A stretch of 64,000 nt of DNA from an uncultured delta proteobacterium (GCA_963727625.1 CAVSHR010000012.1:384001-448000); one strand, 5' to 3'; shown: positions 8,664 to 18,514, numbered from the stretch's first letter. A program made the numbers and translations. Notes: a model not told the origin generated them from the sequence alone.

Positions 8664-10430
8664 ATGGCGCTGAGTGACATGATCATGACTCTGCCGCACC
8701 CGACCTTCTCGGATACCGCCATGCAAGTGCTGCGCGAGCGCTACTTGCGGCGCGATGAAGCCGGCGCTTTGATCGAGACGCCGCAACGCATGTTCGAACG
8801 CGTCGCCGGCGCGATCGCTTTGCCGGCGCGATCGTTTGGCGAAGATAGGGCGCTCTGGGAAGCACGTTTTTACGAAAGGATGAGCCGTCTCGAGTTCCTG
8901 CCGAACTCACCGACGTTGATGAACGGCGGATTGCCCAAGGGTCAATTGGCGGCCTGCTTTGTGCTGCCGATCGCCGACGATCTTGAGTCGATATTTGCCG
9001 CGCTCAACCGCATGGCGCGAATCCACCAGACCGGCGGCGGCACAGGTTTTTCTTTCAGCCGCCTGCGGCCGCGCGCCAACCGTGTCTGCTCCACTGGCGG
9101 AATCACTTCCGGCCCATTGCCGTTCATAGAACTTTTCGACCACGCCACCGCCGTAATCCGCCAAGGCGGGCGGCGCCGGGGCGCCAATATGGCGGTCTTA
9201 CGCATCGATCATCCCGACATCGAACAATTCATCGGCGCCAAACGAGAGCCCGGGAAGCTTGAGAATTTCAATCTGTCGGTGGCGGTAACCGACGAATTCT
9301 GCGAGACCATGGCAAATAGAAAACCCTTTGCCCTGGTCAATCCGCGCACTGGAAAAACTGCGCGCAGCGTCGATCCGCGCGCGCTATTCGACGCCATCGT
9401 TGCCGCCGCTTGGGCGACCGGCGATCCGGGGCTGTTGTTCATCGATGAAATCAACCGCACCAACCCGACTCCGGCATTGGGCGCCATCGAGGCGACCAAC
9501 CCCTGCGGCGAACAGCCCCTGCTCGCCTATGAGTCCTGCACCCTGGGGTCCATCAATTTAGCCGCCTTCGCCGCAGCCCGGGATGTCGCCTGGCAGCGCT
9601 TGGCCGATGTTGTTTACGATGCGGTGGTGTTTCTCGATAACGTCATCGAGGCCAATCATTATCCGTTCGCCGAGATCGAGGACGCCAGCCGCCGGACTCG
9701 AAAGATCGGTCTGGGCGTCATGGGGCTGGCGGATTTATTGGCACGCGCCGGTGTCCCGTATGACTCGGCGCAAGCCCTGACCCTCGCCGGGAAAATCGCC
9801 CGATTCATGACCGAAAAAGCGCGCGCCGCCTCGGTGGAGCTCGGCGAACATCGCGGCTCATTTCCCGCGTTTCACCAAAGCGTTTGGCCGGCGCGGGGCT
9901 TCAGCGCTCTGCGCAACGCCGCCCTGACCTGCATCGCGCCCACCGGCACGATCAGCTTGATTGCCGGGGCTTCTGCCTCAATCGAGCCGTTCTTTGCGCT
10001 GGCATTCGCGCGCCGGATGCTCGACGGCCGGCGCCTCGTCGAGGTCAACGGCCTGATCGAACAAGAACTCGCCGCACTCGGCGCCGCCGGCACGCAAGCG
10101 TTAAAGCTCATCAGAGAGCAGGGCTCGGCGCGCCGCGTGACCGACCTACCGGAGCACTTGCGGCGCCGCTTTCCGATTGCGCTGGAAATCGCGCCGGCTT
10201 TCCACCTGGGCATGCAGGCGGCCTTTCAAGCGCATACGGACGCGGCAGTTTCGAAAACCGTCAACTTGGCAGCGGACGCGCCGGTGGACGCCGTGGGGGA
10301 AATCTTCGCGCGCGCGCGCGAGCTTCGTCTGAAAGGCATCACCGTCTACCGCTACGGTTCGCGGGCGGGACAAGCCCTATCGCTGATCGGCGACCAGGCT
10401 CTTGCCGATTGCCGCGATTGCGCCGTTTGA
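8664..10430 (+). CDS. nrdJ: Adenosylcobalamin-dependent (class II) ribonucleotide reductase
   Basis: PNSPTLMN, LAACFVL, GGGTG, RRGANM, ATNPCGEQPL, CTLGSINL, RKIGLGVMG, IAPTGTIS, AVSKTVN, KGITVYR; C-terminal CRDC. Start uncertain (8664/8679/8685). Confidence 0.93.
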   Translation: MALSDMIMTLPHPTFSDTAMQVLRERYLRRDEAGALIETPQRMFERVAGAIALPARSFGEDRALWEARFYERMSRLEFLPNSPTLMNGGLPKGQLAACFVLPIADDLESIFAALNRMARIHQTGGGTGFSFSRLRPRANRVCSTGGITSGPLPFIELFDHATAVIRQGGRRRGANMAVLRIDHPDIEQFIGAKREPGKLENFNLSVAVTDEFCETMANRKPFALVNPRTGKTARSVDPRALFDAIVAAAWATGDPGLLFIDEINRTNPTPALGAIEATNPCGEQPLLAYESCTLGSINLAAFAAARDVAWQRLADVVYDAVVFLDNVIEANHYPFAEIEDASRRTRKIGLGVMGLADLLARAGVPYDSAQALTLAGKIARFMTEKARAASVELGEHRGSFPAFHQSVWPARGFSALRNAALTCIAPTGTISLIAGASASIEPFFALAFARRMLDGRRLVEVNGLIEQELAALGAAGTQALKLIREQGSARRVTDLPEHLRRRFPIALEIAPAFHLGMQAAFQAHTDAAVSKTVNLAADAPVDAVGEIFARARELRLKGITVYRYGSRAGQALSLIGDQALADCRDCAV

Positions 10431-10570
10431 ATCCCTATGGTGCTTCATTGCTGCGGCCAGGACTGATCCTGGAGCATCTGATTCGAGCCGGCCGCCGCCT
10501 GGGCGTGAGTTCGGCTGGTGACTCGATCGTCGTCGGCAGCTTCACCACCCGGCGCGGCTAACGGCTTTGC

Positions 10571-11002
10571 TCACCGGCTACGGTGACAATAAACGCAGGC
10601 TCCCGAGACTGCTCCTGCGAGCAAAAAATTCGGTGGATCGCGGCTGACTGCCTCCTGCGCGGTTCTAATATCCTGCAAGAAGCTTGACCGATTGGCATCG
10701 ACGAGCGGGTGATTGGTCGGCCACCCGGTTCGGTTCAACTCGAGCGTCGCCTGCTCCATCATTCGAAGATGCTGTAATACTTCAACACGATGGGCTGCGG
10801 TCTCTTCCGGCGATATCATCAGCCCCCGAAGTTCACGCGCATGATAAGCTAACCGCCACATCGTCGAGCGAAGTTGTTCGTCGCTAATGTAATGGAACGT
10901 CGGCGGATAAGTGTATCGGCGCATCCATGCGGCGAAATCGGCACAGGATAAAGCTTGCAGTGCGAGCAAACAGCCGCTCAGCAGGATTACAGATTTTTTC
11001 AT
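10571..11002 (-). CDS. Exported/lipoprotein cytochrome c (C-terminal haem motif, class II-like)
   Basis: Signal peptide with ALSC lipobox-like site; CVYCH near the C-terminus. Confidence 0.75.
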   Translation of the reverse strand: MKKSVILLSGCLLALQALSCADFAAWMRRYTYPPTFHYISDEQLRSTMWRLAYHARELRGLMISPEETAAHRVEVLQHLRMMEQATLELNRTGWPTNHPLVDANRSSFLQDIRTAQEAVSRDPPNFLLAGAVSGACVYCHRSR

Positions 11003-11310
11003 GGACTCAACACCGCGTTTTTAATCGTTGCCCGGGTCAAACCAGGAGCGGCAATTGATGATCTCCACTGCTCCGGAAATGGTCATGAACCCGTTTAGCC
11101 TAGGCCCCGGCCATTGCCTGGCAGTTGCGTGGTGCAACCGACCGAAGCTCGTCGCTTTACCACGAAGCTGCATCCGAAGGAGAGGTTGATCCTTTGATCT
11201 TTCGCTTGGACACCTCGACTGCCGTTTTTAGGTTTAGCCATGGCCGATGCTTTCACACGAGAATTCCAAGTCTCGGCGTCGGTGAAATCAACGCGCGCAC
11301 TTTAGCGCGG

Positions 11311-12210
11311 TCAGGCGGCCTTTTCCGGAACGGCGAGCACTGCGCAGTGCGCGGCACGCAGGACTCGCTCGGCGGTGCTGCCGCGCAGAGCGTCGAGAAA
11401 ATCGAGATGGCCCTGGGTGGCCATCACGATCAAGTCCGGCGTCCAATCGGCGGCTTCTTTGAGGATGGATTCAAACGGATCTCCCGGCACCAAGCGCTCT
11501 TCCCAGGTCCAATCCGGCCGGTGCGGCAGATAGAGCGTCGGCATACCTTGAGCCCTGCCCACATGAAGAAGCTTGAACTCCACGCCCTGACAATCGAAAC
11601 CGGCGGCGAGAAAATAGGCTTCCTCCAGGGCGGCCTGCGCACTGGGCTGGTGATCCACCGGAATCAGAATTCGCCGCAGCTTCACCGCGCCGTTAGCCGG
11701 AGAGATAAACCCTCTGCCTTGCGCCGGGACAAACAAGGTCATGGCGCGCGAACGGCGCGCCAGAGGCTCGGCAATCGGTTTATGCAGCCAACGGTTGAGC
11801 CCTTCGCGTTGGCGGGTGGCGAGCACCAGTAGGTCGGGCGGATGGTTCTCGCAATAGCGCACCAACGACTCCAGCGGATCGTTTTCCGCATTGAGAATCT
11901 TCTTCACCCGCAGACCGGTTTTGGCGACCTCCTCTGCCTTGGCACCCGCCGGCAAAATGTTCCAGCGCGCCAGGGTCGCGCGCACCCCGGGGAAATCGGT
12001 CCAGTGGATGTCCGTCTCGTTGCCGATGCGATGGCGCTCGACATGGACAATCTCCAACTCGGCCTTGGACTGGAGCGCGATCTTGAGCGCGTGCGCGAAG
12101 GCGACCCTGCTGCTCTGAGAAAAATCCGATGGATGGACAATGCGCAGGAGCGGCCCGCTTTCGGCTTTGGCTCGATTCTGCATCACCGTCTCCTTTTGCC
12201 CGCCCGGCAT
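11311..12210 (-). CDS. Universal stress protein (tandem USP)
   Basis: IVHPSDFS, RILIPVD, DLIVMATQG...GSTAERVLRAAHCAVLAV; RBS before ATG 12210. Confidence 0.92.
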   Translation of the reverse strand: MPGGQKETVMQNRAKAESGPLLRIVHPSDFSQSSRVAFAHALKIALQSKAELEIVHVERHRIGNETDIHWTDFPGVRATLARWNILPAGAKAEEVAKTGLRVKKILNAENDPLESLVRYCENHPPDLLVLATRQREGLNRWLHKPIAEPLARRSRAMTLFVPAQGRGFISPANGAVKLRRILIPVDHQPSAQAALEEAYFLAAGFDCQGVEFKLLHVGRAQGMPTLYLPHRPDWTWEERLVPGDPFESILKEAADWTPDLIVMATQGHLDFLDALRGSTAERVLRAAHCAVLAVPEKAA

Positions 12211-12212
12211 AA

Positions 12213-12710
12213 TCAACTCTCCGTCGTGGGCTTCACTGTCAGCACCGGGCAAGGCGCGTGGCGCACGACTTTTTCGGCAACGTTGCCGATCACCAGCCGT
12301 TTGAGACCGGTGCGCCCGTGGGTTGCCAGGACGATCAGATCGGTACGGAGGTCCTCCGCGGTGTCGAGGATCCCCTCGAATGGATCGCCGCGGCGGACAT
12401 GATAATGAACCTTGGAATAATGTTGGGCGACATCGCGACAGAACTGTTTGAGCAGGACTTCCGAGTGCTCTTCGGTGGCGCGTAGAGCTTTCGCGCGCCG
12501 CTGCGGTTCGCCGGCGTAGGCGTCGATCAGCGCCGGGTTGGTCTGGGTGATTTCACCCATGTAGATGTCATCGAATGGGTTGTGAATCACGTGCAAAATA
12601 TCTAGATCCGCGTCGCTGCTCTCGGCGACTTTCACCGCCAGCCTTAAAGCATCGAGCGAGAACCCCGACAGATCCACCGGGCAGAGAATTTTTTTGAAGT
12701 CTAGGCTCAT
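12213..12710 (-). CDS. Universal stress protein
   Basis: KKILCPVDLS, DLIVLATHGRTGLKRLVIGNVAEKVVRHAPCPVLTV. Confidence 0.95.
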   Translation of the reverse strand: MSLDFKKILCPVDLSGFSLDALRLAVKVAESSDADLDILHVIHNPFDDIYMGEITQTNPALIDAYAGEPQRRAKALRATEEHSEVLLKQFCRDVAQHYSKVHYHVRRGDPFEGILDTAEDLRTDLIVLATHGRTGLKRLVIGNVAEKVVRHAPCPVLTVKPTTES

Positions 12711-12795
12711 CGGTCCCTCCTTGATTGGCGAATTTAACGTTTAACCAAACGGCGCCGAGCGCCGGCATTGTCATCGGGCGTCCGCCACCTTGAGA

Positions 12796-12811
12796 GGCAA
12801 AGGCCGTGCCC
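12796..12811 (-). promoter_or_regulatory. Sigma-54 promoter for the USP pair
   Basis: Minus strand GGGCACGGCCTTTGCC, GG-N10-GC. Confidence 0.7.
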
Positions 12812-12933
12812 AGTCAAGCCATCGATCGAGCCCCAACGGCTCGATAATCTTTGCGTAAAATCGAATCTGATCCGGGTTTCCCGGCGCTATCGGTTCGGCC
12901 CTTCGTCATAAATGAATAAATACTACAATAATC

Positions 12934-12949
12934 ATGTCAAAGATGAGAA
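12934..12949. promoter_or_regulatory. Candidate activator-binding palindrome (ATGTCA-N4-TGAGAA)
   Basis: Between divergent sigma-54 promoters at 12796 and 13062; a weaker copy lies at 12903-12918. Confidence 0.45.
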
Positions 12950-13061
12950 ATAAACGCCTGGCAATCCAGGGAAAAATTCATCGAGCGTAGACTGCCAAGA
13001 AGGGTGGCAGCGGCTATACCCGGCTAGAACATCACCGAAAGTTTTACGCAGCGCCGCCCGA

Positions 13062-13077
13062 TGGTAAACCGATTGCA
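13062..13077 (+). promoter_or_regulatory. Probable sigma-54 promoter
   Basis: TGGTAAACCGATTGCA, GG-N10-GC, upstream of ORF 13158. Confidence 0.55.
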
Positions 13078-13157
13078 GAAATCGTCTGGCTACTGGCGAA
13101 CACCGAAAGTAGCCGTTATATTAAACGTTAGTCTTATCAGCGAGTGAAAGGAGGTTT

Positions 13158-13598
13158 TTGATGATTACGCGCAGCTTTCAAAGTCGCTTGTTCCAGGTGC
13201 CGCTATCAGCATCGATCGGTCTGATGCTTTTGCTCACCGTCGCCGCGCATGCGCAAATGGTGCGCGAGCGCCAGGATATTGGCAGGCTACTAACGCTCGA
13301 CAAGATTCGCGCCGCCGACGGCGTGGTATCCGGCGAGGTCGTCAATCGCTCATCCCACGCCATGCGCGATGTTCAGCTTTTCATTCGTTACACCTGGCTA
13401 TGGGACAACGAAATGAAACCCGGCAAAAATGACCCGGGGACATCGGCCTATGATACTTTGTCGCAGGAGATCCCAGCGGGCGGTCGCTTGCCTTTTACTT
13501 TTAAACCCTCGCCGCCGTTAGCCAAGATGACGGGCGGTCGCTTCGAGACGTCGGTGGCCATCTCCGGTTTTACCGAGGTTATTCCGCAAACGAGGTGA
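13158..13598 (+). CDS. Exported hypothetical protein (Ig-like/FxLYD-like beta sandwich)
   Basis: AAGGAGG RBS, signal peptide (AHA), VSGEVVNRSS...DVQL...IPAGGRLPFTF. Confidence 0.7.
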   Translation: MMITRSFQSRLFQVPLSASIGLMLLLTVAAHAQMVRERQDIGRLLTLDKIRAADGVVSGEVVNRSSHAMRDVQLFIRYTWLWDNEMKPGKNDPGTSAYDTLSQEIPAGGRLPFTFKPSPPLAKMTGGRFETSVAISGFTEVIPQTR

Positions 13599-13643
13599 TC
13601 GAATCCATAGGCGGGCTCGCGGATCGCACAGTCCGCGCGCGCA

Positions 13644-15374
13644 TCAATCGAATGCCTGCTCGATGAGGTAATGATCCGCGACATGCGCGAGGATCTCCGA
13701 TCGGTCGGGCATCGCACCGATGGGAATAGTTCGCTCTAGCTTGCGCAGGCCCCTGGCGAGCTGTTGATCGCCGATCACGTCTCGGACCCAGCGCGAAAAA
13801 TCCCCGGCCCTGAGATGGTACTGCAACGAAGCGGCTGGCGCCGCTTGGATCGCCCGGTAAAACTCGTTCATGTTATAGGCCGTCAACGGTTCCTCCGTGA
13901 GCTGGAAGCGAAATGCTCTTCCCTCGGCCAAGCGCACGTCGGCATATTTGTGCGCATGATGAGCATGGCGCGTGATACGCTCGCCCGGGATGAATAACTG
14001 CCATGGCTGGGCGGCGCCATTTGCCATCAGCAGTCCAGCCCAGGGCGATTTCAAATCATCGAGCGCCGCGTGCGCGTCAACCCCGGGCCCGGCATGGGCC
14101 TGGAGAATCTTGGTCACGAAGTAACGCTCTTCCTCCACTCTGGTACTGGTGAGCACATGGGCGCCGATGGAATTGTAAGCCTCGCCGGCGAGGAGGCTCG
14201 GCCGATAAGTAGCCAAGCCGATATTTCCGGTCACACTGCCGAGATGACGCAGACATGGGCTTTGCTCGTAAAAAAAATAGTGCGCCTCATCGACCAGGAT
14301 CCAATGGGGCATCCCGCTGGCCGCGCGGATTTCTTCCAGGGCGGCAAGCAGCTGGTCGACATAGTTGACCTGATCGCCGGTTTTAAGCGCCGCCAGGGTG
14401 AACACAATGCTGAGCGGTTCGGTCCTGAGTAAGCGCACCGCCGCGGCCGGTGGAGGCAGTGCGAGATCATAGCCGAAGGTGACGATTTTGCTGCGTTCTC
14501 CCATTTGCGCATAGTCGCCTTCCGGGTCGATGATGCAGATTCGGTAACCTACCTCGATGAGTTGTTCGGCGAGCAGGCCGGCAATCCAAGACTTTCCCGA
14601 GCGCGGATCGCCGCTGATCATGAGGTTGGTGCCGGAGTTGGGCAGGGTTACGGGGGCGCCGGCTTGGCTCCGGCCCAAGGTGACCACCCGTCGCGGCGGA
14701 TTCGCCGAGATTCCGCCGCGTTCGATCAAGCGACGAATAAAGTGCGCCACCCCGGCGCCGCCGGGTTGCGAAACCCGATCATCGGCCAACGCTGACACCG
14801 CCAGTGTCGCGTCCCGAGCGGCGACGCCGATCTCGGCGCCGATCAGCATTGGAATATCATTTTCGGCGTCGCCGAAGGCAACCATATTGCGTTCCGAGCG
14901 GCCGAGCTCGTCGAGCGCACGGCGCACGCCCACCGCCTTGTTGATGCCGCTCGGCAGGAGCATCAACGCGGCGCGATTGAAAATCATCTGTCCGTCGATG
15001 CCGAAACGGCGGATCAGTTCGAGCAGCTTGCCTGCGTGTTGTTCCCAGGTCCCGACGATCACTGCACCGGTGTGAAAAGGCACCCCGTGGGCGCGCAGTT
15101 CGCCGAGAAAACGTTCCGGCGGCGGCGTGCCGATCTGGATGGTCCGGCCAAGCTCGCAAAGATGGATCACCGCGCCGTTTTCGGCGACCACGCCGTCAAA
15201 AGGCGCGAGCTCTTCACAAGCCCGCTGGACATCTTCGAGGACTCGCCCGGTCACCAGCAAGGTGACGATACCTTGCGCACGCGCCGCCGCCAAAGCGGCG
15301 TACAATTCGGGCGCGGGATGGCCGTTGGTGGCGCCCGTCCCGTCAAAATCGCAGGCGATGACTCGGCAATACAT
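13644..15374 (-). CDS. HAD-IIB hydrolase fused to a HerA/DUF87-like P-loop ATPase and a C-terminal DUF5752-like domain
   Basis: DFDGT, GDAENDIPM (HAD); GDPRSGKS Walker A, IIDPEGDY, ILVDEAHY Walker B; YHLRAGDFSRWVRDVIGD. Confidence 0.85.
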   Translation of the reverse strand: MYCRVIACDFDGTGATNGHPAPELYAALAAARAQGIVTLLVTGRVLEDVQRACEELAPFDGVVAENGAVIHLCELGRTIQIGTPPPERFLGELRAHGVPFHTGAVIVGTWEQHAGKLLELIRRFGIDGQMIFNRAALMLLPSGINKAVGVRRALDELGRSERNMVAFGDAENDIPMLIGAEIGVAARDATLAVSALADDRVSQPGGAGVAHFIRRLIERGGISANPPRRVVTLGRSQAGAPVTLPNSGTNLMISGDPRSGKSWIAGLLAEQLIEVGYRICIIDPEGDYAQMGERSKIVTFGYDLALPPPAAAVRLLRTEPLSIVFTLAALKTGDQVNYVDQLLAALEEIRAASGMPHWILVDEAHYFFYEQSPCLRHLGSVTGNIGLATYRPSLLAGEAYNSIGAHVLTSTRVEEERYFVTKILQAHAGPGVDAHAALDDLKSPWAGLLMANGAAQPWQLFIPGERITRHAHHAHKYADVRLAEGRAFRFQLTEEPLTAYNMNEFYRAIQAAPAASLQYHLRAGDFSRWVRDVIGDQQLARGLRKLERTIPIGAMPDRSEILAHVADHYLIEQAFD

Positions 15375-15398
15375 CTGCGCTCCGAGCGACGGACTGAT

Positions 15399-15884
15399 TC
15401 ATGCCGCCCTGCGCTTGGGCAGGTCGACGAGCTGGACGACCTGGGGTTTGACCAGCGCCAGGAAATCTTTGTAACGCAGCCGCATGGTCTGCACGTGATC
15501 GCCAGCATTGAAATAGATAAATTCATCCCTTGCCAGCGCCGGATCGACGATCACCCTAAGTCCGAAAAGGTTTCCAAAGGGAGGCATAGCGCCGGGCTCG
15601 CAGCCGGGAAAAACCGCCGTGAATTCATCCTCTCTGGCACAACGCACGCGGCTCGCGCCCAGACTCGCGCGCGCCGTATCCAGATTGATTTTGTGATTGC
15701 CGTCAATGACCGCCATCACCAACGTCCCGTCCACTTCGAGCATGACGACCTTGGCCAGCTCGTTGCCCGGTATATGTTGGCTGGCAGCAATTTCCTGCGC
15801 GGTGTAAACTAATGAGTGGGTGAAGACTTCGTATGGTACCCTTGCTTCTTCAAGCAGCTCCGTTAATTTTTTTTGAATCGCCAT
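15399..15884 (-). CDS. YbaK/EbsC-family aminoacyl-tRNA deacylase
   Basis: TAQEIA...LAKVV, FPGCEPGAMPPFG, YFNAGDH. Confidence 0.92.
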   Translation of the reverse strand: MAIQKKLTELLEEARVPYEVFTHSLVYTAQEIAASQHIPGNELAKVVMLEVDGTLVMAVIDGNHKINLDTARASLGASRVRCAREDEFTAVFPGCEPGAMPPFGNLFGLRVIVDPALARDEFIYFNAGDHVQTMRLRYKDFLALVKPQVVQLVDLPKRRAA

Positions 15885-15984
15885 GGTTTTTTCCTCCTTT
15901 TCACTGCAACGTTTTCATCGAGACGAAAAAAGACCGGCCACTGCCGCCAATTAAGGGAATCAAAAACCCCTGTTTCTGTTTAAG

Positions 15985-16000
15985 GGCAAGAACCATGCCG
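15985..16000 (-). promoter_or_regulatory. Sigma-54 promoter for ybaK-HAD/ATPase
   Basis: Minus strand CGGCATGGTTCTTGCC. Confidence 0.7.
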
Positions 16001-16080
16001 CCTCCAACAATCAAAGGCACGCGTAATTTCCTGATTAACCGAGGCCTAGCGTTCCACGGAACAACGCATAAAGTCGGCGC

Positions 16081-16096
16081 TTCTCACCGCTGAGAA
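16081..16096. promoter_or_regulatory. Perfect palindrome TTCTCA-N4-TGAGAA, candidate enhancer for the NtrC-type activator
   Basis: ttctcaccgctgagaa, between divergent sigma-54 promoters (15985 and 16207). Confidence 0.55.
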
Positions 16097-16206
16097 TGCC
16101 AACAAACGATTTTCCCACGCTTGCAACGAGGCACTGACGGAAAATTTACAGCTGGTCAAAGTTTGCAGAATATTGATGGGTTGTGACTCGTTGAACAAAC
16201 CCGCCG

Positions 16207-16222
16207 TGGCACGTCTCTTGCC
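16207..16222 (+). promoter_or_regulatory. Sigma-54 promoter for hpf-CSD/usp
   Basis: TGGCACGTCTCTTGCC, near-consensus. Confidence 0.8.
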
Positions 16223-16272
16223 GCGTTTTGTAGCTGGCGCAGGGCGCCCAGAGCAACGAAGGAGGGAAGTCT

Positions 16273-16896
16273 ATGAAAATTCCTCTGCAGATCACCTTTC
16301 GCAACATGCCGCCTTCCAATGCGATCGAAGAAAACATCCGCGAGAAAGCGGCCAAACTCGATTCGCTCTTTGACGGCATCATGAGCTGTCGAGTCATCGT
16401 CGAGGCGCCGCACCGCCACCACCATAAGGGCAAAGCCTACGAGGTGCGCATTGATATGACCGTGCCGGGCGGCGAGCTGGTGGTCAACCGCGCGCCCAAG
16501 CGCCTCGACGCCGCGAAATCTGTGAGTCCCGAAGAACTGGAAAAGGTTTTGACCGAAAGCCATGAGCCGAGCAAGCACGCCGCGCATGAAGATGTCTATG
16601 TCACCATCCGCGACGCCTTTAACGCTGCCGGCCGGAAATTGCAGGATTATGCACGGCGCCGCCGCGGCAAAACAAAAACCCACGAAGCCGCGCCGCTGGC
16701 GCGGGTGGTCAGGCTTTTTCCCGTTGAAGATTACGGATTTATTGAAACGCCGGATGGACGGGAGCTGTACTTCCACAAAAACAGCGTGCTGCATCCCGGC
16801 TTCGAACGCTTGGAAGTCGGCGCGGAGGTCTATTATGCCGAGGAGCTCGGTGAAAAAGGGCCGCAGGCGAGCACCGTGCGCGCGGTCGCCCGCTAA
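16273..16896 (+). CDS. HPF/RaiA ribosome-hibernation factor fused to a cold-shock domain
   Basis: LQITFRNM...SCRVIVEAPHRHH...DVYVTIRDAFNAAGRKL; DYGFIETPDGRELYFHKNSV...GEKGPQASTV. Confidence 0.92.
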   Translation: MKIPLQITFRNMPPSNAIEENIREKAAKLDSLFDGIMSCRVIVEAPHRHHHKGKAYEVRIDMTVPGGELVVNRAPKRLDAAKSVSPEELEKVLTESHEPSKHAAHEDVYVTIRDAFNAAGRKLQDYARRRRGKTKTHEAAPLARVVRLFPVEDYGFIETPDGRELYFHKNSVLHPGFERLEVGAEVYYAEELGEKGPQASTVRAVAR

Positions 16897-16917
16897 ACTG
16901 GAGTAAGCAGTCTCGCC

Positions 16918-17730
16918 ATGTTTCAGGAAGTCTTAGCTTGCCTCGACGGCTCGGCGCTGGCGGAAAAAATCCTGCCCTTGGCGCGCGCGCTGAGCGCGTC
17001 GAAGGGAGGCAAATTGGTCCTGCTGCGCGTCGTCGCGGACAGTGCCGAACTTTCCGCCGAGGAGGAATCCTTGCGCGCCAGCGCGCGCCGGTACGGCGCG
17101 GAGCTGCGCTGGGTGGTTTCCGCCGATCCGGCGGCGGCCATCGGCGCCGAGCTCGAGCGTGGCCCGCAAAGGATCGCCGCGCTCACCACCCACGGACACA
17201 GCGCTTGGGTCGAAGCGATTTTGGGCGGTGTCGCGCTGCGCGTGATCCGTGAAGCCAAGCGCCCGGTGGTGATTTTTCGGCCGCTGGACGAAGACCGCGA
17301 AGCGCCGGAAAAAATCGATCTCATCGCGGTCGCGCTGGACGGCAGCCGGTTTGCGGAAAAGATTCTCCCGCACGCCGTGACCGCCGCGCAGTGTTTATCA
17401 GCGCGGCTACAATTGCTCCAAGTATCGCCGGTCGTGGCCGTGCCGGCGGACTTAGCCAAACAAAAAAGGCTCGACGTCCATGAAGCATCCTATCTTCATC
17501 GCAAAGCCGGCAAGATCGAAGCAGCCAACCGCATAGAGGTTCAGTGGGAAGTCCTGCACGGTAATCCCGCCGAGGCCATCTGCGGCTATCTCAAGGGTAT
17601 GCCGGACACTCTTTTGGCAATGACCACCCACGCGCGCAGCGCCATAGAGCGGACCGTGCTCGGCAGCGTCGCCGGCTCCTGCTTACGCCACGCCAGCGTG
17701 CCGCTGCTACTCCACTGGCCGCATCATTAA
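16918..17730 (+). CDS. Universal stress protein (tandem USP)
   Basis: CLDGSALAEKIL, ALDGSRFAEKIL, MTTHARS...LGSVA. Confidence 0.9.
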   Translation: MFQEVLACLDGSALAEKILPLARALSASKGGKLVLLRVVADSAELSAEEESLRASARRYGAELRWVVSADPAAAIGAELERGPQRIAALTTHGHSAWVEAILGGVALRVIREAKRPVVIFRPLDEDREAPEKIDLIAVALDGSRFAEKILPHAVTAAQCLSARLQLLQVSPVVAVPADLAKQKRLDVHEASYLHRKAGKIEAANRIEVQWEVLHGNPAEAICGYLKGMPDTLLAMTTHARSAIERTVLGSVAGSCLRHASVPLLLHWPHH

Positions 17731-17929
17731 AAACGGATGAAGACGAAAGCATGAGGGATGAAACCATCCGAGCGACGGCCATCGAGCCTCAACTTCATCC
17801 TTGTGCTTTCAACACCCGCGCTCGCCGGGGCGTAGGCTGCAATCCCCTTGCGGGTCAACGGTTCGACGGTTTCGGGCGCCAAGGCGCCGCGCCGCTCGCC
17901 AGGGAAGGTTTCGACCGGCTTGCCGATGA

Positions 17930-18301
17930 TCATGCCGCCTGCCTATGGCTGGAGCGACGGCGGCGAGTGCCCGCCTCATCGGGAGCGCTTCCGGACAGTT
18001 CCCGAAACCCGCGGCGGATGTAACTCGGGTCGAGATTCAACAAATCACAGACGTTGTTGAATGAGAACATCCACTCACTGTCGTTCGCCATAATCCACGC
18101 TTCGGCCTCGTGAAATTGTTTTTTGCCCTCCCGGTCCTGCGCCCCGCTGAACTTCCGATAGCTTTGAATTGCGTCTTCGAGCAACGCGATCAACAGAGCC
18201 TTTTCCGGCTCCAGATGCTCGCCGCGACGCATCGTGTCGAAATATTGCTGCGCCAGTGAGCTGTCTTTGCCCAGGTTTGTCACTGTGTTTTCTCTCATCA
18301 T
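17930..18301 (-). CDS. Conserved hypothetical protein
   Basis: AAGGAAGG RBS; EPEKALLIALLEDAI...EAEAWI...FSFNNVCDLLNLDPSYIR; own sigma-54 promoter. Confidence 0.8.
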   Translation of the reverse strand: MMRENTVTNLGKDSSLAQQYFDTMRRGEHLEPEKALLIALLEDAIQSYRKFSGAQDREGKKQFHEAEAWIMANDSEWMFSFNNVCDLLNLDPSYIRRGFRELSGSAPDEAGTRRRRSSHRQAA

Positions 18302-18356
18302 GGAGCACCTTCCTTCCTTTTCCCGCGCGCCGGCATGTCACCCTGGAATTAGAAAA

Positions 18357-18372
18357 CGCAACCGATGTGCCA
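18357..18372 (-). promoter_or_regulatory. Sigma-54 promoter
   Basis: Minus strand TGGCACATCGGTTGCG. Confidence 0.75.
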
Positions 18373-18498
18373 GGCAAATTGCAGCGGTTAATCCGGTTTT
18401 GTTCGCAAGCTTGCAAGGATTTCCCCCTCGACTTCTTGCGATTGCGAATTCCGCTCGCGATGCAAGCTTAAATACTAAAGGATATTCAGAAACTTAGG

Positions 18499-18514
18499 TG
18501 GCATAGGCATTGCG
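18499..18514 (+). promoter_or_regulatory. Sigma-54 promoter for hsp20-lon-dksA
   Basis: TGGCATAGGCATTGCG. Confidence 0.75.
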
